Source: Dicyema japonicum (taxonomy: Eukaryota > Animalia > Dicyemida). From it: a stretch of 64,000 nt of DNA. The notes beneath the pieces were generated by a model that saw only the letters and a list, made by a program, of their open reading frames with translations, did no database searches and was not told where the DNA came from. The translations under genes were made by a program, and so were the position numbers. Every line of letters begins with the position of its first letter. The stretch's first letter is position 1. The stretch spans positions 34,920 through 98,919 of the forward strand of contig RDEW01000063.1 of assembly GCA_011109175.1 (NCBI GenBank), in the 5' to 3' direction. Shown here piece after piece: positions 33,291 to 47,099 of the stretch.

Positions 33291-34525
33291 ACCAACTAAT
33301 TAAGTGATCCCGGTACGCCTCAACAGGATCGAGAGGTTTTTCCTGTGTTCCTCCAGAGTACCCACAGCTTTCCTGAATAGACGACGATCATCTTTCATTA
33401 GAGTTTGAAGAGGAGTGGGTTTTTCCCCAAATTTCGTGTATTTGTCCTTGAATGGAAGAAACGACTTGTTTCTTGGCCACACAGACAGATGAAGCCGGAG
33501 CCATTATTTTTGATTGCGGCGTGGTCAAGCATTGGAGGGAAAAGATCGGGAGGTAGATTCGTTTGACGTGCTAGTTTGCCAATTAGGGTATTGATCTTGA
33601 GTGAATTTGATATCGAAGCTCCATAGGCCCATGAGGCACAAGCGTACTCAATCGTCGGTTTTAGGAGTTGATTGAACACGACGAGGGCGCATTCCTGTGA
33701 AGGTTTGGACTTCAAGAGCGGTTTGATTATATTAAGTTTCCTGAGACCCTTTGTCATAACGTTCTTCACATGTTGAGAAAATGTCATCAAAGGGTCAAAT
33801 GTCACTCCCAGGATAGTTGGACGAGTCTGTAGTGGTAAGGAGTCTCCAAAAATGTTCAAATCCAGTGTATGTTTTTCTTTTCTGTCCGTGGTAAAGATTG
33901 TATACGTTGATTTATCCCTGGATACGGAGAGACGATTCAACTTCAACCAGGCTCCCAGGTCGTCAATATGTGACTGAAGCTCTGATTTTGCTGTACCCAC
34001 GTATTTGTTCCTGCTAGCGATGATTAGGTCGTCAGCATAAGTGAGAAGCATTGAATCTGGTCCTCCAGGGCAGGGTAAATCGTTGAGGAACAAGTTGAAT
34101 AATGCCGGAGAGAGGGGCGATCCTTGAGGGACGCCATTTGGTAGGAGACGGGACCTCGATCTTGCGTGGCCTATACAGACACGTCCTCTTCTTCCGGAGA
34201 GAAAATTGGCTATCCATCTTTTCAAATCCGTCTGAATGGTGGTGTCAAAAACCTTCTTCGTGAGTAATATTCTCGAGACAGAATCGAACGCCTTCTGGAT
34301 ATCCAGGGAAACCATTATTGTCCGTAGATGGCGTTTGGTACGTTGAACCCTTCTGATATAAATTGAGACAGTGAAGTCAAATGTGTCGTAGTTGAACGCT
34401 CACATTTGGAACCATGTTGAAAGTGGCAGTCGGGCAAATGGGGTTTAATTTTCCAGAGTACGAGTTTCTTCATTAGGCGCGATAATGCGCACGTTAATGA
34501 AATTGGACGGTAGGAAGATTGGGGA
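33291..34525 (-). mobile_element. I/Jockey-group RT with 305-aa open stretch, through 3' end
   Basis: LDIQKAFDSV, NGVPQGSPLSPALFN, TYADD, ILGVTFD; terminal GGGATCACTTAATTAGTTGGTT. Confidence 0.92.
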
Positions 34526-34539
34526 GAAAGACAGTCACC

Positions 34540-35040
34540 TTGAAGTTAAATAAGGTAGACATCCCTTTCAATAGATGTCAAAGGATCTTGGGGTGACACT
34601 TGATATGCATCTCTGTCTATCACTACACGTAGAAAATATTCTTGTAAAATGAGAAAAAAAACTGAACTTACTGCAAAGTTATCGGGAATATGGAAGATTG
34701 GTACTCATCCGGTCCTGAACGTGTACAGACAGTACATCAATCCATGTTTCTCATATACATGTGCCTCTTGGAGTGTCCATATCTTTGACAAATATGAGGA
34801 AGATCGAGGAAGTGCTAAAGTGGGATTTCAGGGTAACGTGCGCTGAATTTATGGAGATCATCGAACCGGACCGACGCTTCTGAAAGCCCTTATGAAACTA
34901 GGCTTCAGATCACGGGAATGCGGCTCCGTAAATTCAATCAGTCATCTTGTACGATCAAGTGCGTACACGAGGGAGGAACACCGGGCAAACATGAGGTCAC
35001 TGTTGGAATGAATCGGGATCACGTGATAATTAGTTAGTTT
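34540..35040 (+). mobile_element. I/Jockey-group 3' fragment
   Basis: YRQYINPCFSYTCASW; terminal GGGATCACGTGATAATTAGTTAGTT. Confidence 0.75.
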
Positions 35041-35519
35041 TACCGTAGTCTTGGGTTATTATTGTTAACACCAAGCCTACAATTGTAAGCTTAGCACAAA
35101 CAGTCATAACTAACTAATCCAAGGTAGGAACCAAAAGAACATCTGCTTGTGCCGACAAAATTTATCTTCCAATACTTCATTACAGGCTTCCGCTTCCGAA
35201 AAGAGGTGGGGAAGTAATTCTGCCCTCTTCCATTTTGTCCCACGTCCTACCGTCGCGGACATCACTTCATTCTTTAGCGAAATAGTTTTCATAATGCAAT
35301 CTTCATCAGAAGATTTGGTCAGGGAGAATTCGCAACCCTTAGAGTCTAAGGGTCTATGTCTAAGGCTTAGACATTTCTGTACCTGCATATCTCTCATAGC
35401 TAATTGTCTGCAACACCCTTGTCAAAAGGATTTAAAAACTCCCTCCCAGAATTCTTTACTGACCAGGACGCCGGTCATGCTTGTGAGGCCTGGAACCGTA
35501 CCTTTCAGTTTTTTTACCT

Positions 35520-35930
35520 TGCATGTTCTCTCAGCGGGGTCTGAACGATGATGTATGACGCAATTTTTAAGATCTGCTAGTGTCATCTAACCAACATCGC
35601 CGTGTCTGTTTGTTGTCGGGGACGTCTTCCGAGAACGGTGCCTGTCTCAACGCTATTCCCAATGGAGTTTTGGGTACCTTTATAGATGATAGATGCATCC
35701 GTATTGTGATCTCATTACGACTGGCATCCGTGCCGATGCGGAGATAACTGTTTTGACCTACACCCTCTCTCCTGCAGGAAGAGTGCAGGGAGATCACCCA
35801 GAAACATGACCTTGAAAGAAGTCGTTAGGCGAGGTTTGGACGCTGCCGGACACCACTTCATGCTTAAACCAGTCAAATTTGTAGACGTGACGGAAAACGA
35901 CCAGATGGAATAACCTCAACCAGAGTCCTT
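35520..35930 (+). mobile_element. CRE-clade zinc-finger/endonuclease fragment
   Basis: LNAIPNGVLGT, CRCG, LSCRKS, DGKRPDG; closely related to 48890-49300. Confidence 0.8.
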
Positions 35931-36229
35931 CGTGGGGCTTGCATCTTTTCGAAGCAAGCCTTTTTCCGATACGTAATTTAGATGTCATAAATGCCATTTT
36001 TTGAAAAAACGTCCGTCTACTCCCCCACAACCACGGAAATCTCCATCGCAATATGAGTGAAATGGTAGTTATTGCTGAGTGATTCGTACTTTCGGATTTT
36101 TCCGACCTCAGCCTCTCCATTAAATGTAACACCGTCAGCGATCAGGCCCCAGAAAAGGTGTCCACACATGCTATATTTTGTGGTTTATAAATTTTATACT
36201 ATATTGCTATATTTTAAATTTTAACTGCT

Positions 36230-36545
36230 ATAAAAATGGCCCGAGTGTATGAACTCTCTCAGACGGAGATCATTCGGCAAATGTAGTCAGACACCATATT
36301 CATCCCCAGTCTCCTTTCAGGGGCGGCGACGTTGAAAAATGGTCCTGTATATTTAAGCAACTAGGAAACCCATTCTGAGAAAAAGCGACACATGCGGAGA
36401 AATTCAGATCACCAATAAAAAAGTGCACTCAATAGAATTCCTCTGCAGAGATAAAAGAAGACACTTCAGGAATGCAGTTGGTTCACTGACGGAGCATTCG
36501 AAGAGAATTCGAGAGATGATGGAGGCTGGGATTACTTAATTAGCG
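36230..36545 (+). mobile_element. I-group 3' end fragment
   Basis: Nucleotide similarity to 50650-50955; ends GGCTGGGATTACTTAATTAG. Confidence 0.7.
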
Positions 36546-37422
36546 ATTTAATAATTCTTGTGGTTTTAAAATAAAACTCAAAGTTTCGGACTCAACTTTA
36601 GGAATTATTTATTTGGCTTTCGTGCTTTTAAATTCTTCATAGGTAGTTTTTTCGTTATAAAAATTAGATCTTTGACGACAACGGTAACTGAAAATTTTGA
36701 TGCTATGACAGATAAGGAAACATCCTATTTTTATTCATTATCTAATTCCCACCTGCCGTAATGAAAGTCACCAGTCTTTTTTGAATTATTTAACATTCAT
36801 TTATATCCCAAATTTTGAGTTATATTTGACCATCCATTTTTGGCAATCAGTTCAATCTACTCTTATGAGTGAAGAGGATTTATTTTTCCTGTTATATATA
36901 GTCAATTCCATTCAATCAACTTGTATTATAGCCATAACGCTTCTTAATTTATTGATTAGTAACCGTTAGGGTAGTCTCAATCGTATAGTTATTCTTTAGG
37001 GTCTAGGTGACTACGAAACGAAAATGAAGCAGTTTATTTTTATTAAAGGAAACACTGGTATTAAGTTAAGGGGAAGTAATAAGAAACGGTAGGGCTTACC
37101 AACCGACTTCTAAGTCTCCCCTAAAAATGCTAAACCACAGAGTTATCTTTGAAGATAAGTAGATTTTTTCTCTAAAGATAGGTAATTTTATAGAATATGG
37201 TCCATTAACGTCTTCAACTGTTTCAAAGATATCATAGAGTTTAAAAAGACGTCATAAATTATGACATAGTCAGCTTATATCAAGATTTTTGTATTTTGGT
37301 TTTCTGGGTAGATTCCCTATATGCACGATCAGTTCTTTGAGGTACAAGTTATTGGACCTATTATGTTTTAGCTAAATTTGCGGTAGTTTCAAAATTTAAA
37401 TGTTTTAAGTTTATTTATAAAT

Positions 37423-38984
37423 TTAATAAGTTTTAATGGATCCATCCACATAAAATTTTGTAGTTTTTATACCACTGATTGATTTGTTTCGAAATACTTG
37501 ATGATACTTTATTATCATTTTATACTTTCTAAAAATTACTTTATTATATTACTTGATGATAATTACCAAAAGAGAAATCACTGAGACTGTAGAAATTAAA
37601 ATAATTGTAAAATATTTCAAACTAAAATATTTTGTATATTCTCTATGAACGATATTACTTTTAACAGTCTTTGGATGATCTAAATATAATTCAGATTTAT
37701 AACATAATGAGATATTGGCAGAATTTCTTGTTGATCCTTTTTGAGCAAAACAGTAAACAGTTAAATAATTCAATTTAGAATTAAAAATATCATGAGATAT
37801 ATTCAATTCATTAGTCAGGCCAATCGAAATGTACGAATAATTTATGAATTTTACTTTCGTCAAAATCAATAATTACAAATTGCTTCATTTTGAATAAACC
37901 ATCCAATCTGCGCCTTTTCGCAAATACAACGTACTACAAATTTTGCAGATAAATTCGCCACTGTTAAATACATATTAAGTTGTTCTAAATAAATTAAATA
38001 ATAAAAACTAATATATTTTGTATAAAACATTAAAGAGACTGTTTTATCTCTTGAAGAAACACACCAATGTCTTCCTTCAAAATTAATTTCCCGAGGATCC
38101 CTGGTCACAAATCCTCTGCTTGTATAATATAATGTATCATTTCTATAATAATTAAAATTTTAGTAACATATTTGAATTAGAAAATAGACATTTGATCCAC
38201 TGGGTACTAACTTTGCTTATAAAAAATACATGTCCATCCTTCATCGGAAAAATGGGTTTTATTTTTGATTCATCTGGAATATATACACAGATACTTGATT
38301 TGATGTCACTGATTATCAAATAAGTTGTTGTATCAGCCAACTTGTGGTTATTGTAATAAACATGACATCTTATCAAACCGTTGTCTTGATGATTTATAGT
38401 AGATATAAAAAATGAATCTATAATGTTATTTAGATGCAAAACCAAAATTTATGTACATGCGTGTTGAATTGTAGTTTAACAGAACTTCAATTTTATATTT
38501 TACTGCATAATTTTTATATTTTGGGCATTCAAAAATAAAGTGGCTATTAATATGCTTAAAAACTATATTTGGTGGATTTTTTAAAACAAAATCTACAAAT
38601 AATATAATCTAAATACTCGAAATAACTCTAATTTCCGGTATTATGAATAGTCCACATTGATTCTTACATGTGAAGGTATATTTCCCATTCACAACAGAAG
38701 AGTTGGTCTTTAATAAAAGAACACCATTTGTATTTATATCGACAAACTTGTCAAAATTAGGTAATTTTTTGATATCTATCATATTTTTAAGCCATGTGTG
38801 TTTTCTACATTACACAAATAAATTACAAATTTTCAAAATTCATAACATTCCCGTTAATTTTTTGTCCTTTCAAAGCAATGAAATAGTCAGGCAGAGACCA
38901 ATTTACTGGTAAAATGCAATCTATTTTAAAATACTTAATACTTGTTTGTACTATTTCGACCAAAAACGTTATAATAATGCACAT
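37423..38984 (-). CDS. Type-I membrane protein with immunoglobulin-like domains, several tiny introns
   Basis: Hydrophobic N-terminus MCIIITFLVEIV; Ig-like TWLKN...NGVLLL...NGKYTFTCKNQCG and DNGLIRCHV; TM YFTIILISTVSVISLLVIII followed by basic residues; short tail ending in TAA. Confidence 0.7.
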
Positions 38985-39899
38985 TGTTTTCTGTATATTG
39001 CGCGTAATTAATAATTATACACGGAGGAATTCCCTATCGATTACACCGTTAATATTAATTGTTTTGTTACAAAATTATTAATTTAGATTCACTATGTAAG
39101 TGAGTTTTCAAAAAATTAATGTTGGTTATCTCAGCATGTGAAAACAAATTTATTATGATAGTAAATAATCATTCTGTCAATTGAATAATTAATGGGAGAT
39201 CTCCCAGCATGACAAATAATCAAATAACTATTAATTTGTCGTTATGTTAAGAAAATTATAATATTACTGCATCAAAGCTGAAATAGCACACGATTCATGC
39301 CTAACAATTACCATCCCTTTAATAACTTAATTACCATTGATTGCATGGAAACATTCAATTTTATTTTTGAGAAATAATTTGGAGAAGGAAAATACCCAGG
39401 GATTATGCTTCGATAAGCCAATTTATTCTTTCCTTGGATTCACTGTGATCTTTAAAAATCGAGAGAGGCTCCGATGGAGGCCTGCGCACTTCTGCAAAGA
39501 ACGATCTATCCTTTATAAGTCCAGGAATCTTAGAGCATTTGAACTATTGAAAAACAGTCAACAATTTAATTTTTATGGAAATTTACTTCTGCCCCATCTC
39601 GTTTGCAAGCAAGTCGTATTTCTTTTTTCTCCACTTACGTGCGCAACGCTTCCGATTGAAGTGATTTGTCTCCGTATTTTACCCATCTTGTCGACGTCTT
39701 AAGGACGACGTGTGGGTTGTCCGAGGAGGACCTTATGACGGCTTTTAAGTTGATGCTTTCAACTAAATTATTAATTTGTAATTCGACAAACGCCTTCACA
39801 TAACTAGCCCACCATCATTAACATAGTGTTTAGGTGAATTGCTAGTGTTTTCTAGATCCAATTATACACCTTCAATCAATTCTAAAACCAAAAAAACGA

Positions 39900-40260
39900 A
39901 AAAGAACCAGGCTTCATATAGACCAGTCGGGTTACTCTATTCGATGCCAAAAACCCCGAGAGACTGGTTTTCTTGAAAATCAAAGACTTTTTTCCGGGTA
40001 TGAAATTTCAACATAGATTCAAAGTTTTACTTCGACTCATCCATAAGTTCTGATTAACTTGATACATTATGGATTTTCTTACAAACCGGGACATCTAAAG
40101 ACTACTTTGATCTATCGACATCAACATGGCTTTCGAGTCAGTGTCTAAGAAGATTCTTATTTGGAAAATTGTTGGGAACTTTGACCAAAAACTCAGTTCG
40201 AGTTTGAGTCTCATTTCACTATGGACTGAAAATGTGTTTACCACATCAGTGGGGATTACA
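39900..40260 (+). mobile_element. Decayed I/Jockey-group RT fragment
   Basis: FQHRFK, SIDINMAFESVSKKILIWKI. Confidence 0.6.
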
Positions 40261-40399
40261 TCCACTCGTACAGATGGAGTTCCAGTAGATCCCAAGACAT
40301 AAAGTCTTAAACGAAATCGTTCGACGGATATAAATGCGGCTAATTTCCCTTCTTTACTCGAACCAGTCTGTATGAAAAACAACAGGATATAATGATAAT

Positions 40400-40760
40400 C
40401 CTTTCGTTCGTGGCTGGAAAACCCTCATTTGTAAGGACACTCTCATTTTGAACAACTTCCTTCAGAGTGCTGTAAATGCTTGTTCAGCCGCTGTTAACCA
40501 CAATCAAAGCACGTTCGCTACATGAAATTTAAAAAAGCAGACCCAACGTCTTTCCCTTAACAACTACCTAATAATTTGATTGGTGACTACGTGACGAGGG
40601 CCAACAATTTAATGGCCCATTATTGTAAAATAAGTCATCTCTCAATGACAAAATCACCAGACCAAGCAAAACACAACCTATACATCCAAGACCTTTCAAA
40701 AAAGCTCGAATTTCCCTGATGGAGTATGTAATCTCACCATGAACCAAACACATTTGTTTA
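40400..40760 (-). mobile_element. Possible Ty3/gypsy RT-RNase H junction relic
   Basis: EIRAFL and W.TAAEQAFTAL...VL motifs, heavily degraded. Confidence 0.4.
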
Positions 40761-41480
40761 ACTCAAAGATAACTTCAAATTCTTTATAAACACATGTTAC
40801 GTACTAATAATCTGAAAAAAATTGGTTATCATTCAAGCGAAGATCCTTCTTACCCTTCATCTTAAAGACATATCTCTTTTCTTTAGTGGTATCGAAGATC
40901 CTGGAAAGAATAACGTTGAATGAAATTTCATGTTGTTTCAAACAACTTTGACTCAATTTATTTCCAGAAGTTTCAACAAACTGTTTTGGTTCCGAAGATA
41001 GAAACATTCGAATAGTACAATGTTAAAAACCACTTAAATCTTTTGTTTAATTAATGATTTAAGCTGGATGTCTCCATCCCCATCGTTGACTTTAATGCCA
41101 TTATCTACAACAGACAAAAAGAGTTTCAACTGTAGTCTTACTCTACCCTACATATTCAGTTTCTTCCAGTTAACAAACACCCAAATTTCTTGAGACGTAT
41201 TTGATCGGTCTCATTTTTAACAAACACATCGATAATCTCACGCTTTGAATTGCTGCTCCCGAGGGCAACAGAGTGGGACTTGCATGGCTAAATGTGGATA
41301 CATTTTATCTCCAAGTGGACGAGAAGTTCGAGATTTTTTTGTATTTTTTGATTTAATTTATATTAAGTAAAACTTATCAAATTTTCCATAAAATACAAAA
41401 AATGGAAAAATTCACATAATTTTTTTCTAAAAATTGGCTATTTAATAAAAAAATTGATTTAATATTAAAGAAAATAAATA

Positions 41481-42213
41481 TCAGAATTTTCTTTTATTTT
41501 GAGTAAATCTTTTCTCATATTCTGAATATCCCTTATTTTTTTGAAATTGGTCTTCGGTTAAAGGATTATTAGTAATTGTTATTGTATGTAGTGCTGACGT
41601 TTCCAATAAAACAGCAGGTATTGACTTTTCTGTCAGTCTATTTCCATCAAGCCTCAGAATTTTCAGTCTTTTGTTCTCTATGCAATCACAGCTTAATTGT
41701 GAAATTAGATTATTATCTGCATTCACTTCAATAGCTTTTATATTGAGTACATCGTCAATCTAAATTATCATAAAATGATACTCTTGTCAAAAAATTTCTT
41801 GAAATATCAACAAATTCAGGAAAAGGCAAATCATATAACACACGTGGAAAATCTTTAAAATTATTTTTGCTCAAATCGATATAAACTAGTTGGTTCAAAG
41901 TAGAAAAAGCATGAGGGAGGTCACAAAGGCTGTTTCCACTGACAGTAAAAGTTTTTAATAGTTTGAGATTTTCGATCTCATCAGGAATCTCAGATAAGCA
42001 GCAATTATCAAGTTTAAGAATAGTGAGGCATTTTAAGTGCTGAATTTCACACGAAATTGTTCGAATTTTATTATTGGACAAATTTAAATTTCTAATTAAA
42101 CTTTCATGACCATTTATTAAATGTGACGGCCATTCCTTAAGCTTACAATTTGAAATGGAGAGAACACCACTTACACCAACGTTAAAATTATTTTTGTTAA
42201 TATTATTTCCCAT
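41481..42213 (-). CDS. LRRC57: Leucine-rich repeat protein LRRC57-like, one 22-nt intron
   Basis: MGN start, GVLSI...LKEWP, LxxLxLxxN repeats, LKILRLDGN, C-terminal GYSEYEKRFTQNKRKF; an in-frame upstream ATG also exists at 42276. Confidence 0.82.
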
Positions 42214-42305
42214 CTTGACAACTTTATTGTCTCTCTTGGTTACTCCATTTAAATAACTATCCCACCACTTTGGCATAAAATTTAATTATTTTAATTAAAA
42301 ATAAA

Positions 42306-44462
42306 TTATTTATTATTTTTAACTTTAATTGTTTTTAAAATTTCTGATCTATCTTTGGGATATTGTATAAATACTTGATTTTCATACTGCATTATCTACA
42401 GTAAAATTACGAGTTCACGTTTTTATCACTTTTATCTTCGTCGTCTGCCCGTCGTGGCATATTATTTCCAGTATAAGCAATTGCTTTTAGGACCCATTCT
42501 CCTATTTCATTGTCCCACCTACAGTTCTCCATTATCAAGTCCTTAAAATTAGTTTAAATAAACTTGAAATTCTTTCGGAATATAATGATCAATCAAAAGA
42601 ATTTGAAATTTAAGTTCTAGACATAGTTGACGACAATCTTCCACCATTTCTTCAATTTCAATGATGTGAGTCGCCTCCAAGTCCTCCATCTATACTCATA
42701 TAGTTTACATAACTTCTGATTTAATTTGCATTAATTGATTCCACACTCTTTGAATTTTTCTGGTTTTAGAATCGACTTCTTCTTGTAAGCATGAATATTT
42801 CTCTTCAATATCTACTCTTTCTTGCTTATTTGGTTAATACTTATAGGATTACCTCTTTTTCCATTAATTGTTTATTCAAAGCTTCTTCGTGGACTCTCTT
42901 TTCTTCAAGATTACGAGCACTTTCTTCAAGTAATCTTTCCTGTTCCTCTGATTTTACCATTAAGTTGACTCCTCCAATAATTACTTTTCTTTCCAATTGA
43001 GCCAATTCTTCATGCAAAAATTTTTGATCAGCTCTTTTTATATAATGAAGAACAGATACTCGATATTCTTCAATTCCTTTTCTTTTATTCTGACATTTTT
43101 TATTAGTTTATTTCTCTCCTCTTCTGCCATGTTTTTCCCCAAGATTTGTCGGTCAAAATCAATTTCTATTTTATAATAATTCTAAACTTGTTTTTGATAA
43201 ACTAGAAAAGTTTATATTTCTAAAATATTGTATATTAATTACCCTGTTCGAGCTTCTTTCTTAATTCTTCAATCTGGGTCTGATATTGTCGTAGTAAAGC
43301 ATCTTTCGGATCTTCATTAATTCTAGGTTTATTTTTTATGTTTTTTGTTTGATTTGCATAGCGTAGTGTGGTCAACGTTTCTTCGTAGTTATATTCTGCG
43401 GGACCAATATTAGCAATCATGGCAGTTTTTGAATTACCCCCAACGAGTCTTGAAGTATTCTTGTTAGTTTAGAGTTTCTGTATGGAATATGAGTTGATTT
43501 TTCATCGACTAAAGTTGATATGACCTTCCCAAGTGTTGATAATGAAAGGTTAATTTGTTTAGCCTCCTTGAAACGAATTCCAGTGGATCCAGTTTTACTT
43601 TGTCTCTCAGATCCCTTATATAGTTTAAGTCATTTACCGCCAAATCAACAAGGTTAAGTTTTCCTATTCTAACTCTTTCAACATTTTTGTGGGCAGTATC
43701 ACTACATTCAATAGTTATAGTGAAAACTGCATGAGAACGAGAACTGTGAAGATTCATGTTTGTGGTGCCAATTATTCCTAAATATTAAATTTTAGTTAAA
43801 ACTATTTTTGTTTCCAATGTTCATTATCTTATCCATATCATCAGCATCATTCACAACAAATTTTGACAGATCTTTAATATAAACGCCAATGTCTGGTCGT
43901 TCTTTAACTTCCAAATTAACAGTTTGGTCATTTGATAGCAAATCTCTGACTTGTTCATTGTAAATCTCAAAATAAGAAACATGTACTAAAAATCTTTAGT
44001 CATTCAATTCAACAAACTTGACATTATTTTTAGCCTTAGCAATGTGAGAAAAAATATGTGCAAATGAATTCGGAATGATCCCTCTAAGTTCAGGATGTGA
44101 CCTAACACCTTCCATCGTGTAAGTTTTCCCTGTTCCGGTTTGCCCGTAAGCAAAAATTGTACCTGAATAATATTTGAGCAAACCATTATATCCTTCCATG
44201 ACACTATCAATGATTGGCCGAGCGAGTTTATTAAAAATATCCGCTTGTTTTGATTCAACTCCAAATGTATAATCAAAGGTGTATTGTTTAGGTATTTCTC
44301 CGTGTTCTTTGCTAGAAACCGTAACCTGGGATATATTTTCATCAACCTACTGTAAACCATAAATATAATTACAAAAACACATTTACCACTTCCCATAGAA
44401 ACCTCTTTATCTGTCAGAGGCCGTAACCTCACGACGACTTTTACTCTATCCTCAGCATACAT
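42306..44462 (-). CDS. KIF3A: Kinesin-2 motor subunit KIF3A, ~12 tiny introns, one homopolymer frameshift (43437-43441)
   Basis: [92 protein letters not shown]. Confidence 0.93.
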
Positions 44463-44501
44463 TTATCAATGGTTACTAGGAAACAAATTTATTTGATAAT
44501 A

Positions 44502-45948
44502 TTATTTTATTAAACAATGTTTTGGAATATCGTGTTTTCCATTTATTGCGTTAATAATGGAAAAAACACTCGCAAAGGTTCCGGTACCCATTCCGATTAA
44601 TCCAAAAATTCCTATAAAAAGAGAAAATCCAAATTCTGCCCTACAATTCATTCGATTATTCCAAATAGAAGCTATATGCGAAAATATCGGGAAAATCAAA
44701 GCCAATGAAGTACAGCACACTGAACCAACAAGCGCAATCATTAAATCCATGTATGGCAGAGAAATAGCTATAATTGCTACAAAAATATAAAATTACGATG
44801 CAACCAAGAATGATGATGGAAAAAAAACGAAAACAATATTCAGCCAAATTTTTGTGTGATCCAAAAATGAATTGAGTATTTCTCAGATAAAATGGAAGTA
44901 ATATTTTAATGGGGACGTAAAATTGAAGACCAAAGGTAATAAACACGGAGCATGTGAATAGGATAGTAATAGTGATTGCTAACCTAAAGAGTAGTGATCA
45001 TTAAAATACGTTGAAGGTGGAAGGTTGAGGGTAATACTAGAACATATATTTTCACCAAATCGAGAATAACCGTAAAATCCAATGGCCATTTCAATCAAAG
45101 TAACAATACTCATTGTTGTATTGAGAAGACCTAGATATCCATGAAATTCTCTTATATTTTCCATTTCATTTCTGATGGGTACGGCCTACCAATATCAGTT
45201 AATAATTACAAGCCCAATTCCCTCAAAACTATAGACTGCCATTCCAAAGAAGAGGGTAAACCCATAAAATCTGTTGTAATATGAAGATTACTCATTGGAA
45301 GGGTTTCTGTCACACAAAAATAAAAAAGAATAACAATAGCGACAACGTTGACTATATTAGCGAACAATGAACAAGCTGCCAAATGACGGAGATCTCTGAT
45401 AAAAACGAATATTAAAAGACCAGTCACCGTTATAATGTAAAAAATAATATTGTCGATTTGACCAACATTAAAATGTATTAAGACTTGGTGGAAGTTATCG
45501 GCCACAAATATGATATAAACACAACAGAAGCCAAATTGAGATAAGATAAGAAATAAATTTACTAGAGAAGCTGAAATTTTAGCAGTCTTTGGCGAATTGA
45601 TACCAAAAATAACAGAATAATAGACAATGTCCCTATAACCAAACCCATTTGTTTCAATTTGATATAAATCGATTAAACTGGGGTCTTCAGCTATCATTGA
45701 TTCTATTTTTGTGAACATTTCATAAGAAAGTGGATAGAACACGTTGACAATATGGCTATGATGACAAGTATAAAAATCCTATCTTGACATTAAATTTTAT
45801 AAATTTACAGCAATTCCTGAATATTTAAAACCAATTGGAAGAGAAAGAATTCCAGTTCCGATCATTGCCTTGAATAGATTCATAAATGTTTGAACTAAGC
45901 TTTAAAATACTCAAAATAAGAATACTTATTTTTTTGTTTCATTTCCAT
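44502..45948 (-). CDS. Proton-coupled amino acid transporter (SLC36/PAT family), tiny introns, 3 homopolymer frameshifts
   Basis: NLFKAMIGTGILSLP, QFGFCCVYIIFVADN, FFGMAVYSFEGIG, GFYGYSRFG, SITLNLP, TFGLQFYVP, ALVGSVC. Confidence 0.9.
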
Positions 45949-46103
45949 TATTGTACTAATATTTCTATTTTTAAGATAAATCAACCACGTATTGTCGTAT
46001 ACTAAACGAAATATATTATTTTTTAATTTATAAAATAATTTTTAATTTATAAAATAATTTTTCAATAAATTTCAATTTCAAGATATTCCTTGTAAAAAAT
46101 CTA

Positions 46104-47099
46104 TTGAAATACATGGCCCGTGCATTCGATTCGATACACCAGGGAAAACTTATGGAAGTTCTGAAGAGTTTTCTTTATCCTGAAAAAGTTAAAATAATAA
46201 GCCTGCTCATGCAGAACACTCATTTTTCTGTCAAAATTGGCAAATGTGCCTCGAATTTTTTTCGACTTTACGTGGAGTTCACAGGGTACTCGCTATCTCC
46301 GGTCCTTTTCCTTATCTACCTTGAAGCTGCACTAAGAGAGTTCAGGACTTTGTTGGAAACAAGTCTCGAGATAATTTATGCGGATGATCTGGACTTTTTT
46401 TCTGAGGACACTCAAACACTTCAACACATGCTCAACATACTCTCACACATGTCTTCGAAGTGGTTTTTATTCGTAAATCCCGACAAAACGGAGTTTACAA
46501 CGCTTACGCATACTGATCGTAGATCGGACGAGTCATGAAGAAGGCAAGAGAATGTGGGCTCGCTGTTGAAGATGTTACTCGTAGGAATATCCTTGCTGAG
46601 TGCAGTGAAAAAAATCGTTAATATGGAGTCACATGAAGATATGATTGAACATTAGAATATGCAAAGCTTTTGTCATCCCGGTACTAACCTACAACTCTGG
46701 GACTTGGGGAATTTCTAAACGGGAACTGGACAGTCTTGACTCTTTCCACATAGCTCAACTCAAATCGGTAATCACGATCAACTGGCCTATGAAGATTCTT
46801 ATGCTTTATGCTAAATGCAAATCCGACGTACTGTCAGATGATATTTTCAAATCATGACGAAGCCTCTTTGGCCACGTGTTACGTCTAAATTACCAGGTAC
46901 CCTCAAATGTCGCAATGAACAACTACTCGCACACACAGGAGCAAAATTGGGAAGACAAAGAACGACACTTTCGACTATCTTAAATGAAGGCCTATCGGCG
47001 GTTGGCATGAGACTAACTTCGGCGGACGACCTGAGAGAACTATCGCGCAACAGAAGATCATGGTCCACTCGAACAAATATGGAAATATTAAAATTGTGA
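46104..47099 (+). mobile_element. RTE RT 3' half, decayed
   Basis: MARAFDSI, SLSPVLFLIYLE, IYADD, VLTYNSGTW. Confidence 0.85.

Noticed and set aside
41240-41350. SL RNA, snRNA or HDV-like ribozyme (GC-richer patch followed by an Sm-like ATTTTTTG)
   Set aside because: No convincing fold or leader/donor structure; T-runs are common in this background
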